Assembly: GCA_051294905.1 (NCBI GenBank)
Contig: CM119372.1
Span: 25,670,001-25,734,000, forward strand
Source of the DNA: Botryllus schlosseri
Taxonomy: Eukaryota
DNA: 64,000 nucleotides
Direction of reading: 5' to 3'
Below the pieces are notes generated by a model. That model was not told the origin of the DNA and made no database searches. It saw nothing but the letters and a program-made list of their open reading frames with translations. Positions 40,648 to 53,148 of the stretch are shown in pieces. Every line of letters starts with the position of its first letter. Position 1 is the stretch's first letter. The translations under genes and the position numbers were made by a program.

Positions 40648-42537
40648 GTAGAAACACGTCTTTGAGAGGCAAAGACAATTCCGTTTTCAGGTTTAGGGTC
40701 TCGGACCAACTCTTTTGAAAATCATCAATTTCACTCACGAATTTTATGTACCCGACTCGAAATCTTGAATTGTGCGATACGTTGATTAATCAAAAAGTCT
40801 AGCAGACATGGCGACGCCCATTTCAAAACGCAGTTTTCAAATACACATTGTCTTCCTGATCTACGGCGCGAAATGAACTGTTAACTAAAATGAGAAGTCG
40901 ATAAGTATTTAGATTTTCGGAATCAGTGTGACCGATTAATATCAGTTAAATTCAATTTTAGGCTACTTACGATGAATTGCGTTATCAATGGTGAGGCTGT
41001 GCCTTACCTCTCGTTTCGATCTTTATTTTCGAAAAATAAATACCAGTTTTTACAGAGAAAATATGGCGCACACGAGGAATCCCATATAGTGAGTTCGAAT
41101 TAGTGGCACAATGACGTCACGAATTTCCGATTGTGACGTAACGGTTGATTGGCATGTATGGCCCTTTGGGAGTTGAGATGGAAAAAATAGGGCCAAGATG
41201 GCTCTTCGGACAAAAAAGGTTCCCGACCACTGGCCTAGGCCTAGGCCTAGAAAAAAGCAAGCGACAAAAAATGGAGTGGCATGCCATGGAAGGCGAGATC
41301 GATAGGTCAGGTCGTGGTCTGGTAATCTTGAGGGTGGACTAGTATCTATTTAGTAGTAATTGCTTGTATTTCGACTTGAATGAGGGCATGCTCGTCGACT
41401 GTCGGATGGCCGACGGGATACTGTTCCACACGTCAGGTCCTGCATATTTGATAGAGCGATGATCTTTTCGGTCGATCATACGATATTCGGACGACGTGGA
41501 CGCGCGTGTGTTGTACTTGTGCGCTTTTGATTCTGAAGTAAAGAAGTCATTGAAATATTCGGAGCAATGACCGCAGTCAAACCGATACATAAACTAGGTG
41601 ATTTCTAGTTTCCGCATATCTTCTATGTTTAGGACACTGAATCTCTTCAGCAGCGACTTGTTGGATGGACAGCCAGGCCATGGTACGGAGTACGTTATGT
41701 TGCAGTTGTTGCAGTGTGGCTAGAGTGCAGTTTCACTGGCAACCCCCCAACTAAAGATGCCATATTGTAACTTCGATTGGAGTAAGGATTTAATGAGTAT
41801 CAGAAGAACCCAGGCTGCGGCATGAAGCGTCTAAGGCTGTAGAACAGGCCGCACTTCGGTGATAATTTAGTGTCTAGGGACTGAATAAGACTCTTCCAGG
41901 ACATTCCGAGTTCAGTATAACCCCGAGATATTTGGCATTTTCTGTGTTGGAAACGGGCTGACCAGCGATGTTAACGGTTAGGTTATTTTTTTAATTTACC
42001 GTCAGCAATTGGGATTTCGAGGCGTTTATGCAGAGGTTATTTTAGGCCGTCCACTCATGCACTTTGGGCATTTGGTCACTGGTCAGGGCATCCAGCTCTG
42101 TCGTCGAAGATGCGTAAGAGAGGAATGGGATTCTGCATAGTCGATCTTTGTCGGATTCTAAACCGCCACCGATATTGGTGTTGCAGCTGTGGTTCATATC
42201 ACTACGCTATCTCGCCACATATCGTATATGTGGCTCTTGTTGTGTGATTGCAGAGAGTAACTAAATATTCGCAAACGGAAAGCTGAATATTTCGTTTATA
42301 CATCATCAAGATATGGATCACAGATCTAACCCGGTCAATTTTGGTTGGAGATATATTATTAAGATTTTCCGGCGTAGTAAACTAAGTAAACCTTACCAGC
42401 ACCGGGTGCTGTGCGATAGATATGCAGTAGGCCTAGTGTACGTATATGGATGTAGAGCAGGAGTGTCAAACTCAATTTGCGTCGCGCTTGGAATACGTGT
42501 GGGCGATTCGATTCCGAATCCACTATTAGGCTTCGAG

Positions 42538-43444
42538 TAGGGATGGCGTGAGCGTGAGGTTCACGTTCGCGTTCTCTTCTGTGTGGGAACCTCACAAATT
42601 TAGAGGTTCGCGTTCACAAACGAATGTTGGTAGGTTCTGCACTGTGAATCTTTTTCATATAATACATTTTTTCACGTCATTACATCATGTTTGGTTGAAA
42701 TTATTTGCATTTCAAGTTCGGACAACTCTATACATGGCGCTGGCAACATACAAAAAATTAATACTAAAAGAGCACGCATCTCGCCAATCTCAAAAACTTT
42801 ACTAGCTTTGTTACAAAAGTCTGCTCGAAATAATCAGTTTTCCGTTTGTGAATGTTTAGTGACTCTCTGCTGAATCTTACACTACATGCAGGTAGTCAGC
42901 GATAGATGCTTATTCAACCAGTCAATAAAATTGATATAAAGAATACATCGTTATGTAACGTAAAAAATCTAACAGGAAACGGGATCAATATTGATTTGAA
43001 ATGTATATTCTATCATAAAAACCAAATCCATGCGATTGGGGTGTCGGCTACTGTATAACTTGTTTATGGGGTAATATCGGTTGAAAGTATAGAAACCCAT
43101 TTTACACTATACTCAATATCAATGTAGCAATAGTACGACGCCGAATACATTGTCCACACGCAAGTTTATATTCCCTTGCAAGTCCTCGTCGAAATTGTTG
43201 GCAAAACCACGTAAGATTTTGATTTTATGGGATTATTATAGCGTTTGATTGCTCCATCAGTTGATACATTTGGTGAGGTTTGAAAAGTCAGCATTGTGTG
43301 ACCTGAGTCGTGGCTAGGAATCTTATGCATATCACTTTAATGAAATGTAGGGTCGGAATTAGCAATATGACGCCACGTGACGTCATAGGTTGACGTTTGC
43401 GTTCACAGTTCACACAGAACTTTTCAAAAAGTTTCGCGTTCACC
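42538..43444 (+). mobile_element. TAGGGATGG-family MITE (copy 3), right TIR lost
   Basis: Colinear with copy 1; stops at GTTCACC, 16 bp before copy 4. Confidence 0.85.
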
Positions 43445-43460
43445 TTTATGGCGTGCGCAC

Positions 43461-44923
43461 TAGGGATGGTGTGAACGTGAGGTTCACGTTCGCGTTCTGT
43501 GTGTGAACCTCAGAAATTTAGAGGTTCACGTTCAACGAACCTTGGTAGGTTCTGCACTGTGAACCTATACATATTACAATTTTCACTTCATTATAACATC
43601 TTTGTATGAAATTTATTGAATTTCAACTGTGGGCCATTCTATGCATGGCACTGGCAGCATAACAAAATCAACACCAAACGGGCATTAACCTTGCCAATTT
43701 TCTAAAATTTTACTTGCGTTGTCACAAAACTTTGCTCAAAATATCCAGCTTTCCGTTTGTAAATATTGTGACTCTCTGCCATGAGGTAGACCCGCAATCA
43801 CACAACATCAAATCAAGAGTGATATACACTATAGTCAGCGAATGATGCTTATCCAATCAATTAATGAAATAGATATCGTTTTTGTCTGATGTAAAAAATC
43901 TAGCAGGCTTACGGGTTCAATCAACTTCTTAATGGGGTAATGTCGGTAGCAGGCAAAGAAACACGTTTTACACTCTGCTGATTATCAACGTAGCAATACT
44001 CAGACGCCGAAGACATTGTCCGGTCCGGCCTAGACCGTTAAGGCGTAAGCTTATTATCCCTTGCAAGTCACGTGACGTCATGAGGTTCAAAACGGCTCGC
44101 GTTCACATGAACCTGAACCTTTTAGAGCAGGGGTGTCAAACATCCGGCCCGCTAGACGATTTCATCCGGCCCGCGAAGCAATTCTGAGTATATTGAAAAA
44201 ATCCTATATTTTACAGTATATATGTAAGAAATGGTGAGATTTTTTTGCGCGAAATAGGCTACTTCCATGTCCGTAGGCCCCATCATAACCACTCGACCAC
44301 GGCGCTGTGGTTTCACTCTATAGTTACCACTAGTAACAAGTTGGTGAAGTTGGCAACCAATTTCAAGAAGACAAGAAGTTTTATGGAAAAATGGCCCAAA
44401 AAGTAGTTATTCACAGAAGCGAAAACCCCAATGCGCTGCAGTTCACATGTAATATATATTAGTTGCACAAATATATAACTGAAATATCTATGGTCACACT
44501 GCAGTGTCACTTTCGACCCAATAGATCCCCGCGATTTCAATTAAATATCTCATGTTCCTCACAACGCATATGCAGGCTAACGCCAGATTACGATTAAATC
44601 AAAGGGAGCATAGAATGTGTCAACTTATATCGTCGTTAACGCCACTGTTTGAGCGGTTCTCAACTGTATTCAACCGGAAAATCATCGTATTTTTGCCAAT
44701 TCAATTGTTCACGAATAAAGGTGTTGCGACTTGCTACTTAAAAAAACCTATGATCCATATATTATTATTTATATATGATTTCAAGGCATTCAAGTGCAAA
44801 ACAAGAGCATGAGGTTGCAATCAGTTTGACTCGTCCGACCCGCGGGCGATTTGAAGGCTTGAATCCGGCCCGTGACGGAAGTTGAGTTTGACACCCGTGT
44901 TTTAGAGGTTCACACCATCCCTA
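43461..44923 (+). mobile_element. TAGGGATGG-family MITE (copy 4) with nested insertion
   Basis: TIR TAGGGATGGTGTGAAC / GTTCACACCATCCCTA; TSD GTGCGCAC/GTGCGCAA. Confidence 0.92.
44128..44899. mobile_element. hAT Charlie-like MITE nested in copy 4
   Basis: TIR CAGGGGTGTCAAAC / GTTTGACACCCGTG; perfect TSD TTTTAGAG; CCGGCCCG motifs. Confidence 0.92.
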
Positions 44924-45116
44924 GTGCGCAACATTCCTAGAATATTGCAGCATCTTGCGGTGATAGTCAGGCAGATTTTATACCCTTATGGATTTAGTAT
45001 ACGACCTTATCTATTGAATGTGCCACAATAACAACTCATGTCATGCCACGTTATCGTGTGGCTGGTTTGCAGGACTCGCCTGTCCATTCGGCTGATGCCG
45101 GATCTAGCCTTGTAAT

Positions 45117-46621
45117 CAATTATTCCCTCTAAGCTGCGCACGTGCGCAAATGCGCAGTGCTGAACCAGTCTCTGCGCGCAGAAAATCTTAGCTGCGCACA
45201 AAAAATCCGAAGGGATGACTTTTTTTCTATTTTTAATTGTTGTTCTCCAAGGGACCGCGCAAGCGCGCAGACTCGTGAAAAATCAGAGGGAACATTTCCA
45301 GGGGAAAGTAGTGTTATCGGTGAAGTCTGAAACCGAGGTACAAGTGCGGCCAGTAAAGGTAAATATTGCGCTCTGTGAAGAAATGATAATTTGCAATGAC
45401 GTGCGCCTCACGAAAGAGATTTTTCTTTTAGTATGGTCTCGTACGCGTGAGCGATACTGATATCATTTCAGTAGCACAATCTTTTCTGGGAATGGCGAAA
45501 TAACATGGTTTAACTAAATAACAATGGGCTAGCGCGAAGTTAATCTGCGAGAAACTAACGAATAGTCTTCTCCGTGTGACATGAACATCGCGTAAGATTT
45601 ACTGGACAATTACATGCCGTGAATTTTCGAAGTCATCACTTTCATCAGGCAAATCTGATCACGTATGGTGAGATACGATAATATGCAGAATATGCAAGTA
45701 CAAGCACCAACATTGTTGAAAAATCCATCCCCTTGCAAACGTTGATCGGGAAACGCTGCAACTGTGCACTGTACGGCGTTGAATTACATCAGCTTCTCAG
45801 CAAAAATTTTGATATTATTCAATTCGTTTGAACGGGAATTTTCTGTCTATAAGGTAATACCTAGGATTACCACATTTTGGAAATCTGAAAAGAGGACACT
45901 TTTGCAATACCGGAGGAAAATACTGAGAAATGGTGAATTGTTCCCACTTCGTAGTCGCAGGGCCGTAACTGCCGCACTCCAAACCCTCCAATTGGGGGGG
46001 GGGGGCGAGCTCGAAGGGGGCCCAAAATTATTTCGTGAATTAGCATAAATTACAGGGTATGTTTCAAAAATTTATGCAACTTTTTCAAAAATTTTTCGCA
46101 CTGCGCACGATTTCAAATCGCCAAATATCTTGATTATTGGGTACTCTTCCCCAATAAAAAATACGCTATGTTTATAGAAATGGGCACATCAGCGTTGGCC
46201 ATTACCGCGCCACGACGCACTAAGACATATACAGTTTTAGGCCATGTAACATGCGACTCCAAGAAGTGTGCCAGAATGATCGGCAGCGAGAAAACCTTGG
46301 GCGCAAAGGACTGCCCTATGCTGACCGAAAACTTCGTTATATATACAAAATACATATAGGTTTAATCGTCCATATAGGCGCCTAAAGAACTGGCGCCGAA
46401 TGTTCCTATCTTGGCAATCTGAACTTCACAAGACAAATACCATCCCGCAGGAAAAAATTATATGCCAGTAAAGAAATACCAATGCGAAATCGTGTGATCT
46501 GTCAGTTTAGTACGTTCGGCTTATCACCATATGGGGGGCCTGGTTGCGCACTGTTGTCCAAGGGCCTGCGCAGTGAGTTGGCATGTTTGCACAGACTCGC
46601 GAAAAATTAGAGGGAACATTG
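45117..46621. mobile_element. Composite element bounded by ends of the 194-bp MITE family
   Basis: Left end CAATTATTCCCTCTAA, right end TTAGAGGGAACATTG, perfect TSD CTTGTAAT. An extra degenerate right end lies at about 45298. Confidence 0.88.
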
Positions 46622-47276
46622 CTTGTAATATTAATATTTAATAGTGAAAGCCTTTTGTTGGAAATTCACGTGACAATTTGGAAATAAAATACTATTCAAT
46701 TTGGTTTCCTCCATCGCTACACGAATGTACATTCAGTACAAAGCTCTGATGGAATTACGTAAACAATAATTGTGGGTGTCGCCTATGAAATAATCGCCAA
46801 TTCCTTCTCTCTAACGACAATATCTATACGGTATACGCTTTACCTATACGTATTAAGATGCCTATTGAATGTGAATATAGCTTGGTATTTATATTCTTTA
46901 CTTTCACATTATCTCTATCAGCGTTCCCAAAGTGGGCGCCAGCGCCCCTGGAGGTGTTTACCACCTTAAATGGGGCGCTAGCTACATATTGGGCGATTGC
47001 GGGGGGGCGCTGAGAGAAGACCAGGGTGCTTAGAGTAAACGTGGGCGGTATTGACTATGAGAAAATGTTTGAGAAAATCCGTATATTAATAGCTATTTCT
47101 GTGAACTAAAGTTAGATAGATGACTATGTGATCACGTTGTTAGCGGTCGTACAAGGTGCATTCAATTGCTTTGTTACGACCTATATTTCCCGTTAAGTGC
47201 AGCCGGTACGATAAAGAATATCTACGAGCTTTCTACGAAATTTTGAAATTATACGCAAAATAATTCTAGTCTATAG

Positions 47277-47872
47277 CAGGGTTGTAACCAAGTCACAAGG
47301 CTCCGAGTCACAAGTCAATCTCAGTTTTATAATTTTGACTCGAGTCAAGTCGAGTCATTTTCAATTCACCACCGAGTCAAGTCCGAGTCCAAGTCACCGA
47401 GCAGAGGTTCGAGTCCAAGTCATGGTATTATGACTCGAGTCAAGTCCAAGTCATTGTGTTGACTTCCCAGTTTACAGTTAAAGGCTTGTTAAATTCACTT
47501 TTTATAACTCTGTTTGGTGATATCGACTGGCTCGCATTTATAATTTACTAATTTCCGTCATTTTTAGCAGTTTCTGGACGTGTTTTCAAGTACCAGTACC
47601 AATAAACAAAATCCCAATAGTGTTTTTACTGTACTAGTCCTCGAAATTACAATGAAACGTCGGTCTTGGCCGTCTGAGTCTCGAGTCATGTGACTTGGTT
47701 CGAGTCATGCGCAATGACTCGAGTCCAAGTCGAGTCAATACACAAATTGACTCGAGTCGAGTCGAGTCATTGCCGTATTTTGAGAAAATGAATCGAGTCA
47801 AGTCAAGTCATCTGAAAAACGTGACTCGAGTCGGACTCGAGTCGAGTCATGACTCGAGTCATTACAACCCTG
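47277..47872. mobile_element. hAT MITE with GACTCGAGTC repeats
   Basis: TIR CAGGGTTGTAA / TTACAACCCTG; perfect TSD GTCTATAG. Confidence 0.93.
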
Positions 47873-50514
47873 GTCTATAGCAAACCATCAATAATAAATC
47901 GGGCTCGATGTGAAGTTTGTACATTTGACAAGTCAAAATTGCTGTCATGAAGTCAATCAACATCTCCATTAATTCGCTTTTCCCGACATATCGTTCGTAG
48001 GATAGGAGAGCAGACATGGCGGCGCCTATGTGACGGTGCAATTTTCAAATCCTCATTGTCTTGCTAATCCCATGCGAGAAATGAACTCCTTTGGAAGTGA
48101 TGTTTACGTGTACAACTTTGAATTACAAACATAGCCATCCGCATTGTGATTGTTAGGCTGTAGAGTGTAGAGTGCAGGCCTGGGTATCCTCACGCGTGCT
48201 ACACGATCTGCGTGGAAATTCGTGTGTCATTCATGCATATGCCTCTGTATTCGTTAGTGGCGATCATGCCGGGCCTGTTCGATGCTATGGTCAATTACAT
48301 CGACCGTGGAAGTGTGCAGAGTGTGTTGTTGATTAAATCATATGAAAGTCTAAGACAGGGGTGGGCAAACTTTTCAGCTGACGGGCCGCATTCAACATCT
48401 GAATCCATTCGCGGGCCGACTTTATAAAATTGAGATCATTAGCCAAAACGCAACATTTATAATTAATTATATACCGAGGTAATATGGAGATAATGTATAT
48501 GTATATATTTAAAGCAAAGTAATTTGATAATAACGTATACGCGTCAGGAACATTGACAAGATTTTGTTAACTGGTCATCCTCGATAACCAATTTGTGCAA
48601 ATGTGGGATGAAAGCGTGTTATACCGATTCTTTGAAAAGGATGAGAAGTACATTTTCCGTACGCATTCTATTTCCTTGTTGCTTTCGTTGGCCGCACAAA
48701 CCTGTGTTGAATTATTAGGGTATGTGATACTAGAAAGGCTCCGTTGTATAACCTAGTTACTGCAGAGCTGTCAAATTTGTTACTTCGTCATTTAACAGTC
48801 TGACGAAACCATCCAAAATTACATTTTTTCCCGACACACAGCAAAAACGGGAATAATTTCCCGCAAAAATTCGAAACAGCATAGCGATAACCCCTCCCCC
48901 TAAAACAAGTAGAATAACACACACCAAACCACTCCCTATGTCTGCAATCTTGACCAAAGGCATTACAGAAAAACTCACTCTTGGCGACCTTAACAAAATC
49001 AATAGCCTGAAGTAGGGGACGCAGTGAAAATGTAATTTCCGGCGGTCTCGCCTGGGCGTTCGTGAAATGGGAAACTATTTCAAATCGGGCACCTTCTTGC
49101 TTGGAAGGTGGAGTTGAACTTCTCTCCATTGTGTCACAGATAACACTGAGATGCAGCTAACCCATCATATAGGTCTTTGTTATGCACATCGAAGGCAGTA
49201 GAACCATTCTAGGAATAGTGTATAGCATGTTTTTAAATAACTCCTTCACATTTTTACGCAATATTTGATAAAAGTTGCAGTAAAAATTGGCTATGAAAAA
49301 TAGAGAAAAGTTGCAAAAATTTGCACTATAAAATCCCTCCAAGCAGCTTAAAACACCATAATACGTAGATTCTGAGTATCTACGAAGCTGTCGGAAGCTG
49401 TAAGAAAAGTTGCAAAAGTTGCAAAAACTTGCCCTAGTGATAACCTATAATAATGTTGTACACGATACCTAGCGACGACTCGGGAAACATTATAATACAA
49501 TGCTGAAGTACATATTGACGTTTTAAACGTCGCTAAATGTATTAATTGGGCAATCAAATAATATAATAATCCCATACGATCAATATCTTCCGTGTGCCAC
49601 GAACTATTTTTCATTTAAAAGGGTGCCGCGAGCCCAAAATGGTTAGGAACCACTGCTGTGGAGTAAGCTACTCGACGATATGTATAACGAATGTTATCTG
49701 ATATGCAATCAAAACGATCTCTCGTCTTGGCCGGCATGTTCCAGGTATGCTACAGCCTACAGGTTGCTAATGAGAATATAAACGCTCCAACGTAGACCAT
49801 CTCGAAATGTCAATTTTTCGTTAGCCAACTTGGATACAGGCGAAATTTTAACCCTTAAGATATTGCATGTCTGATATTCATGAAGATTATTCTATAAAAA
49901 AAACGAATAGTACAGTCATTTGGTTTTATGACATGATTTCCAAACTTTATACATAAACATATCATTACCAATCGGTCTTGGGTGATACATCTTGCTAAAA
50001 TCTCAGTCAAAATAAATCGCGGGTAAACAATTTTACATGTCACCACCAGACATGGGGTAATCGCGATTAGTAATCGTAATCGATTACGACGATTACAGCA
50101 TTTTCAAGTAATCGTAATCGCAATCGATTACATTCGAAAAAATTCCGAAGTAATCGTAATCGTATTCGACTACTTCCCATATCTAATCGATTTCTTTGTG
50201 AAAGAACGATTACTTTTTATTTGTACAAGTACTATGACAGAAACTAAACATTCGTGAACAAGGAAGATGTATTATACCAGGCTCATGATAGCACAAACGT
50301 CCGATTTGTAAATGTCATTGCTCATTATTACGTAAGAAGTAGCCTATTAGCTTTGCTAGTCATTGCGTAAGAAGTATCCACAGTAAACAGATATTCGATG
50401 TGATTGTAAGAACATCCGCCGTGATGTATATCAGGTTATCAACACGTTCCGCACGGCCAGTACCCCGCAGCAGGATAATTAGTCACCACTCTACCGAGTA
50501 ACTTGTGTAATAAT

Positions 50515-51363
50515 TAGGGATGGTGCGAACGCGAGGTTCACGTTCGCGTTCTGTGTGTGAACCTCGGAAATTTAGAGGTTCACGTTCACAAACGAACCTT
50601 GATAGGTTCTGCACTGTGAACCTTTTTCATAAATCCCAATTTTCACGACATTAAAACATCTTTGGTTTTAATTTACTGCATTTTAACTGCGGGCCACTCT
50701 ATGCATGGCGCTTGCAGCATAAAAATCAACACTAAACGAGCATGCACCTAGTCAATCTCAAAAAATTTACTTGCTTTGTTACAAAAGTTTGCTCGAAATA
50801 TTCAGCTTTCCGTTTGTGAATATTTAGTGACTCTCTGCAGTGAGCGTGACCCGCAATCACAAAACATCAAGAGCGAAATACGCTACCTTTTGGTAATCAG
50901 AAGGGCAAGTTTTGCAACTTTTGCAACTTTTTGTACAGCTTCCGACAGCCTCCTAGATACTCACAATCTATGTTCTATGATGTTTTAAGCTGCTCAATAT
51001 CAACGTAGCAATACTCAGGCGCCGAATGCATTGTCCGTTCTGGCCCAGACCGTTAAGGCGTGAGCTTATATTCGCTTGCAAGTACTCGACGGAAGATAGT
51101 GATTTTATGGGATTAATATATCATTTGATTACCCGAGTTTAAAACGTTAATATGTACTTCAGCCTTGTGGCATTATGTGACCCGGTCGTCGCTAGGTATC
51201 GTGTACATTAATATAGGCTATCACTTCACTGAAATCTAGGTCTGGAATTAGCAAAATGACGTCACGTGACGTCATGAGGTTCACGTTCGCGTTCACACAG
51301 AACCTTTCAAAAAGGTTCGCGTTCACACGAACCTGAACCTTTCAGAGGTTCACACCATCCCTA
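50515..51363 (+). mobile_element. TAGGGATGG-family MITE (copy 5)
   Basis: TIRs intact; perfect TSD GTAATAAT. Confidence 0.93.
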
Positions 51364-52348
51364 GTAATAATGTTTAGTTATGCAAACGCAGTTTGAACGT
51401 TGCTGCTAAGCGAGCAGTAGGCCTATATGTAGTACGTATACGTACGTACACCGGATAGAGATTTGAAATTTTGTACTCGTCAAATAAAACATTACGGTTT
51501 CCACAACGAAGCAATAAAAATCAACAGCTGCTTATATATATCATAACCAAGCCGTTTTTGCCGTTTCTCGTAGCGGCAGCTTGCAGTACATTATATGTAT
51601 TAAGTTGAAGGCAGAATTTTATGTTTCTTCATCTTCTTCTCATATGACTCTACTCGAAACAGGCGCCAATCCTCATTTCACAATTCTTTACACAACATTG
51701 GGACCTGCCGCCATAGCCATGAGCTTATATATCATGTCAGCGTGGGTTTTAGCTAGAATCAGGACCAAAACAGCAATTCGTCCCCCAGTCCAAACGTTGG
51801 TCTTTGGCCGCCATAGGGTGATATTTTTAAGTGGAAGACTGAATTTCGTCAATAATATCGGTTATTGCATTATCTTATTATTAATTTTTAATCCTCTTTT
51901 TTTCTTTGCCCCCCGATGGTCAGATTTACCTGCAGAGCTGGAGGCACGTAATTCATAATTATAACGCATGTTATCTTGTTATAATTACTTTATCGTATGT
52001 TGTTCATTCGTGACTTCCGGTCTGTTATATAATCAAAAGATAATGTTGTATCGCAAACATAGCAGACTAAAAGAAAAACTTTCCTGAGACGCACACACAA
52101 GCTGTCGTGTCTTTAATGCTCTGTGGGTGTACGGGGGGAATTTGCATTGTGGGCTCGGATTGGAAGGACCGGACCAGTAGTCACGCCCACCCAGCGTGGC
52201 TATTGACAATGGACACATGCCGCAAGTTTCGGCCGAAGTCTTTCTTTGGTAGCACACTTCGTGAAGTCGCGTGTTGGTCGAAATTGCATGTCTTTTGGTG
52301 TTTCGGGGCACGGTATTGACTGGAACCTAAATACCTATTGCTATAAAA

Positions 52349-53148
52349 TAGGGTTGGATTTAAAACAAAAATAAATTTAAAGAGAGCATGTTTACAACAA
52401 GGCCTTGTTTAAAACATGTTTTTTATTTTTTTTTTTTTTTTGAAGCCATGACGTGACGAATGTGGATTGACATTGACAATTGAAAATATAGGGTACATAT
52501 GGCTCCTTTGACGAAATATGCGTATTAGAGGGGTTCCAACGATAGGCTTACCATAATTTGGAAATCAAAAAAGAGGACACTTTTTTAGAAATTTGCAACT
52601 TGCAAAACCGGAGTGAAATTCTCAAAAATCGGTTAATTTTACCCACTCTGTGATCGGTTGACTAAAAAAAAAAAAAAAAAGGTCGTCTCTTCCGCTCAGA
52701 TCTCAAAATAAGGTTATTTACTCCACATCGCTAGGTGGTTGACTAAAAAAAAAAAAAAAAAAGTCATCTTTTCGCTCAGAGCTAAAATCACCGTTTTTCA
52801 CCCGTCGGAGCTTCATTTCTGTGCTATTATGTGGCATATCACTCGCAATTTGCTCTAAATCTGCTCTAAATCCTAAAAAAGAGGACAAAAGGGCGTCCTC
52901 CGAGGACACTTTCAAAAAAGTCAAAAAAGAGGACAAATCCTCTTAAAAGAGGACGTATGGTAAGCCTATCCAACGATCCCATATCTATGTACGTCGGCTA
53001 AATCGGGTGGTAATTGTGGAAAGCATTTTTTACACAATTATGGCATAATTTTACAACTTAAAAAAAACACATTATTTTTAAAGCCTTTGTTTAAAACATG
53101 TTTTAAACAGTGTGATTTAAACAACCATTTGTTTTAAATGCAATCCTA
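52349..53148. mobile_element. TAGGGTTG-family MITE (second copy) with nested insertion
   Basis: TAGGGTTGGATTTAAAAC / GTTTTAAATGCAATCCTA; colinear with 5094-5456; no clear TSD. Confidence 0.85.
52543..52968. mobile_element. hAT (Tip100-like) MITE with GAGGAC motifs
   Basis: TIR TAGGCTTACCATA / TATGGTAAGCCTA; perfect TSD TCCAACGA; empty site at about 5285-5300; two internal ~80-bp units with poly-A. Confidence 0.92.

Larger units (their letters stand above)
39131..41232. mobile_element. hAT non-autonomous element in the LINE 3'UTR
   Basis: TIR CAGTGGTCGGGAACC / GGTTCCCGACCACTG; perfect TSD GCCTAGGC; empty site visible in the second LINE copy at about 55043. Confidence 0.93.
38994..42120 (-). 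mobile_element. 5'-truncated CR1/L2-group LINE (end of RT, C-terminus, 3'UTR), split by a hAT stack
   Basis: Minus-strand 42120-41339 reads IFDD, HEWTA*NNLCINASKS, KYLGVIL, LQYGIFSWG, HKYNTR and GPDVWNSIPSAIRQSTSMPSFKSKYKQLLL. The 3'UTR resumes at 39130 and ends in AATAAA plus (ATG)n. Confidence 0.88.

Noticed and set aside
37211..47872. GACTCGAGTC arrays as CRISPR-like or iteron arrays
   Set aside because: Irregular 5-10-bp motifs without unique spacers, confined to TIR-bounded elements, with no cas genes.
46919..49655. Pairing the hAT-like ends at 46919 or 48356 with the end at 49655
   Set aside because: The flanking 8-mers do not match, so these were left as orphan ends; likewise 5522, 28566, 59313 and 62034.
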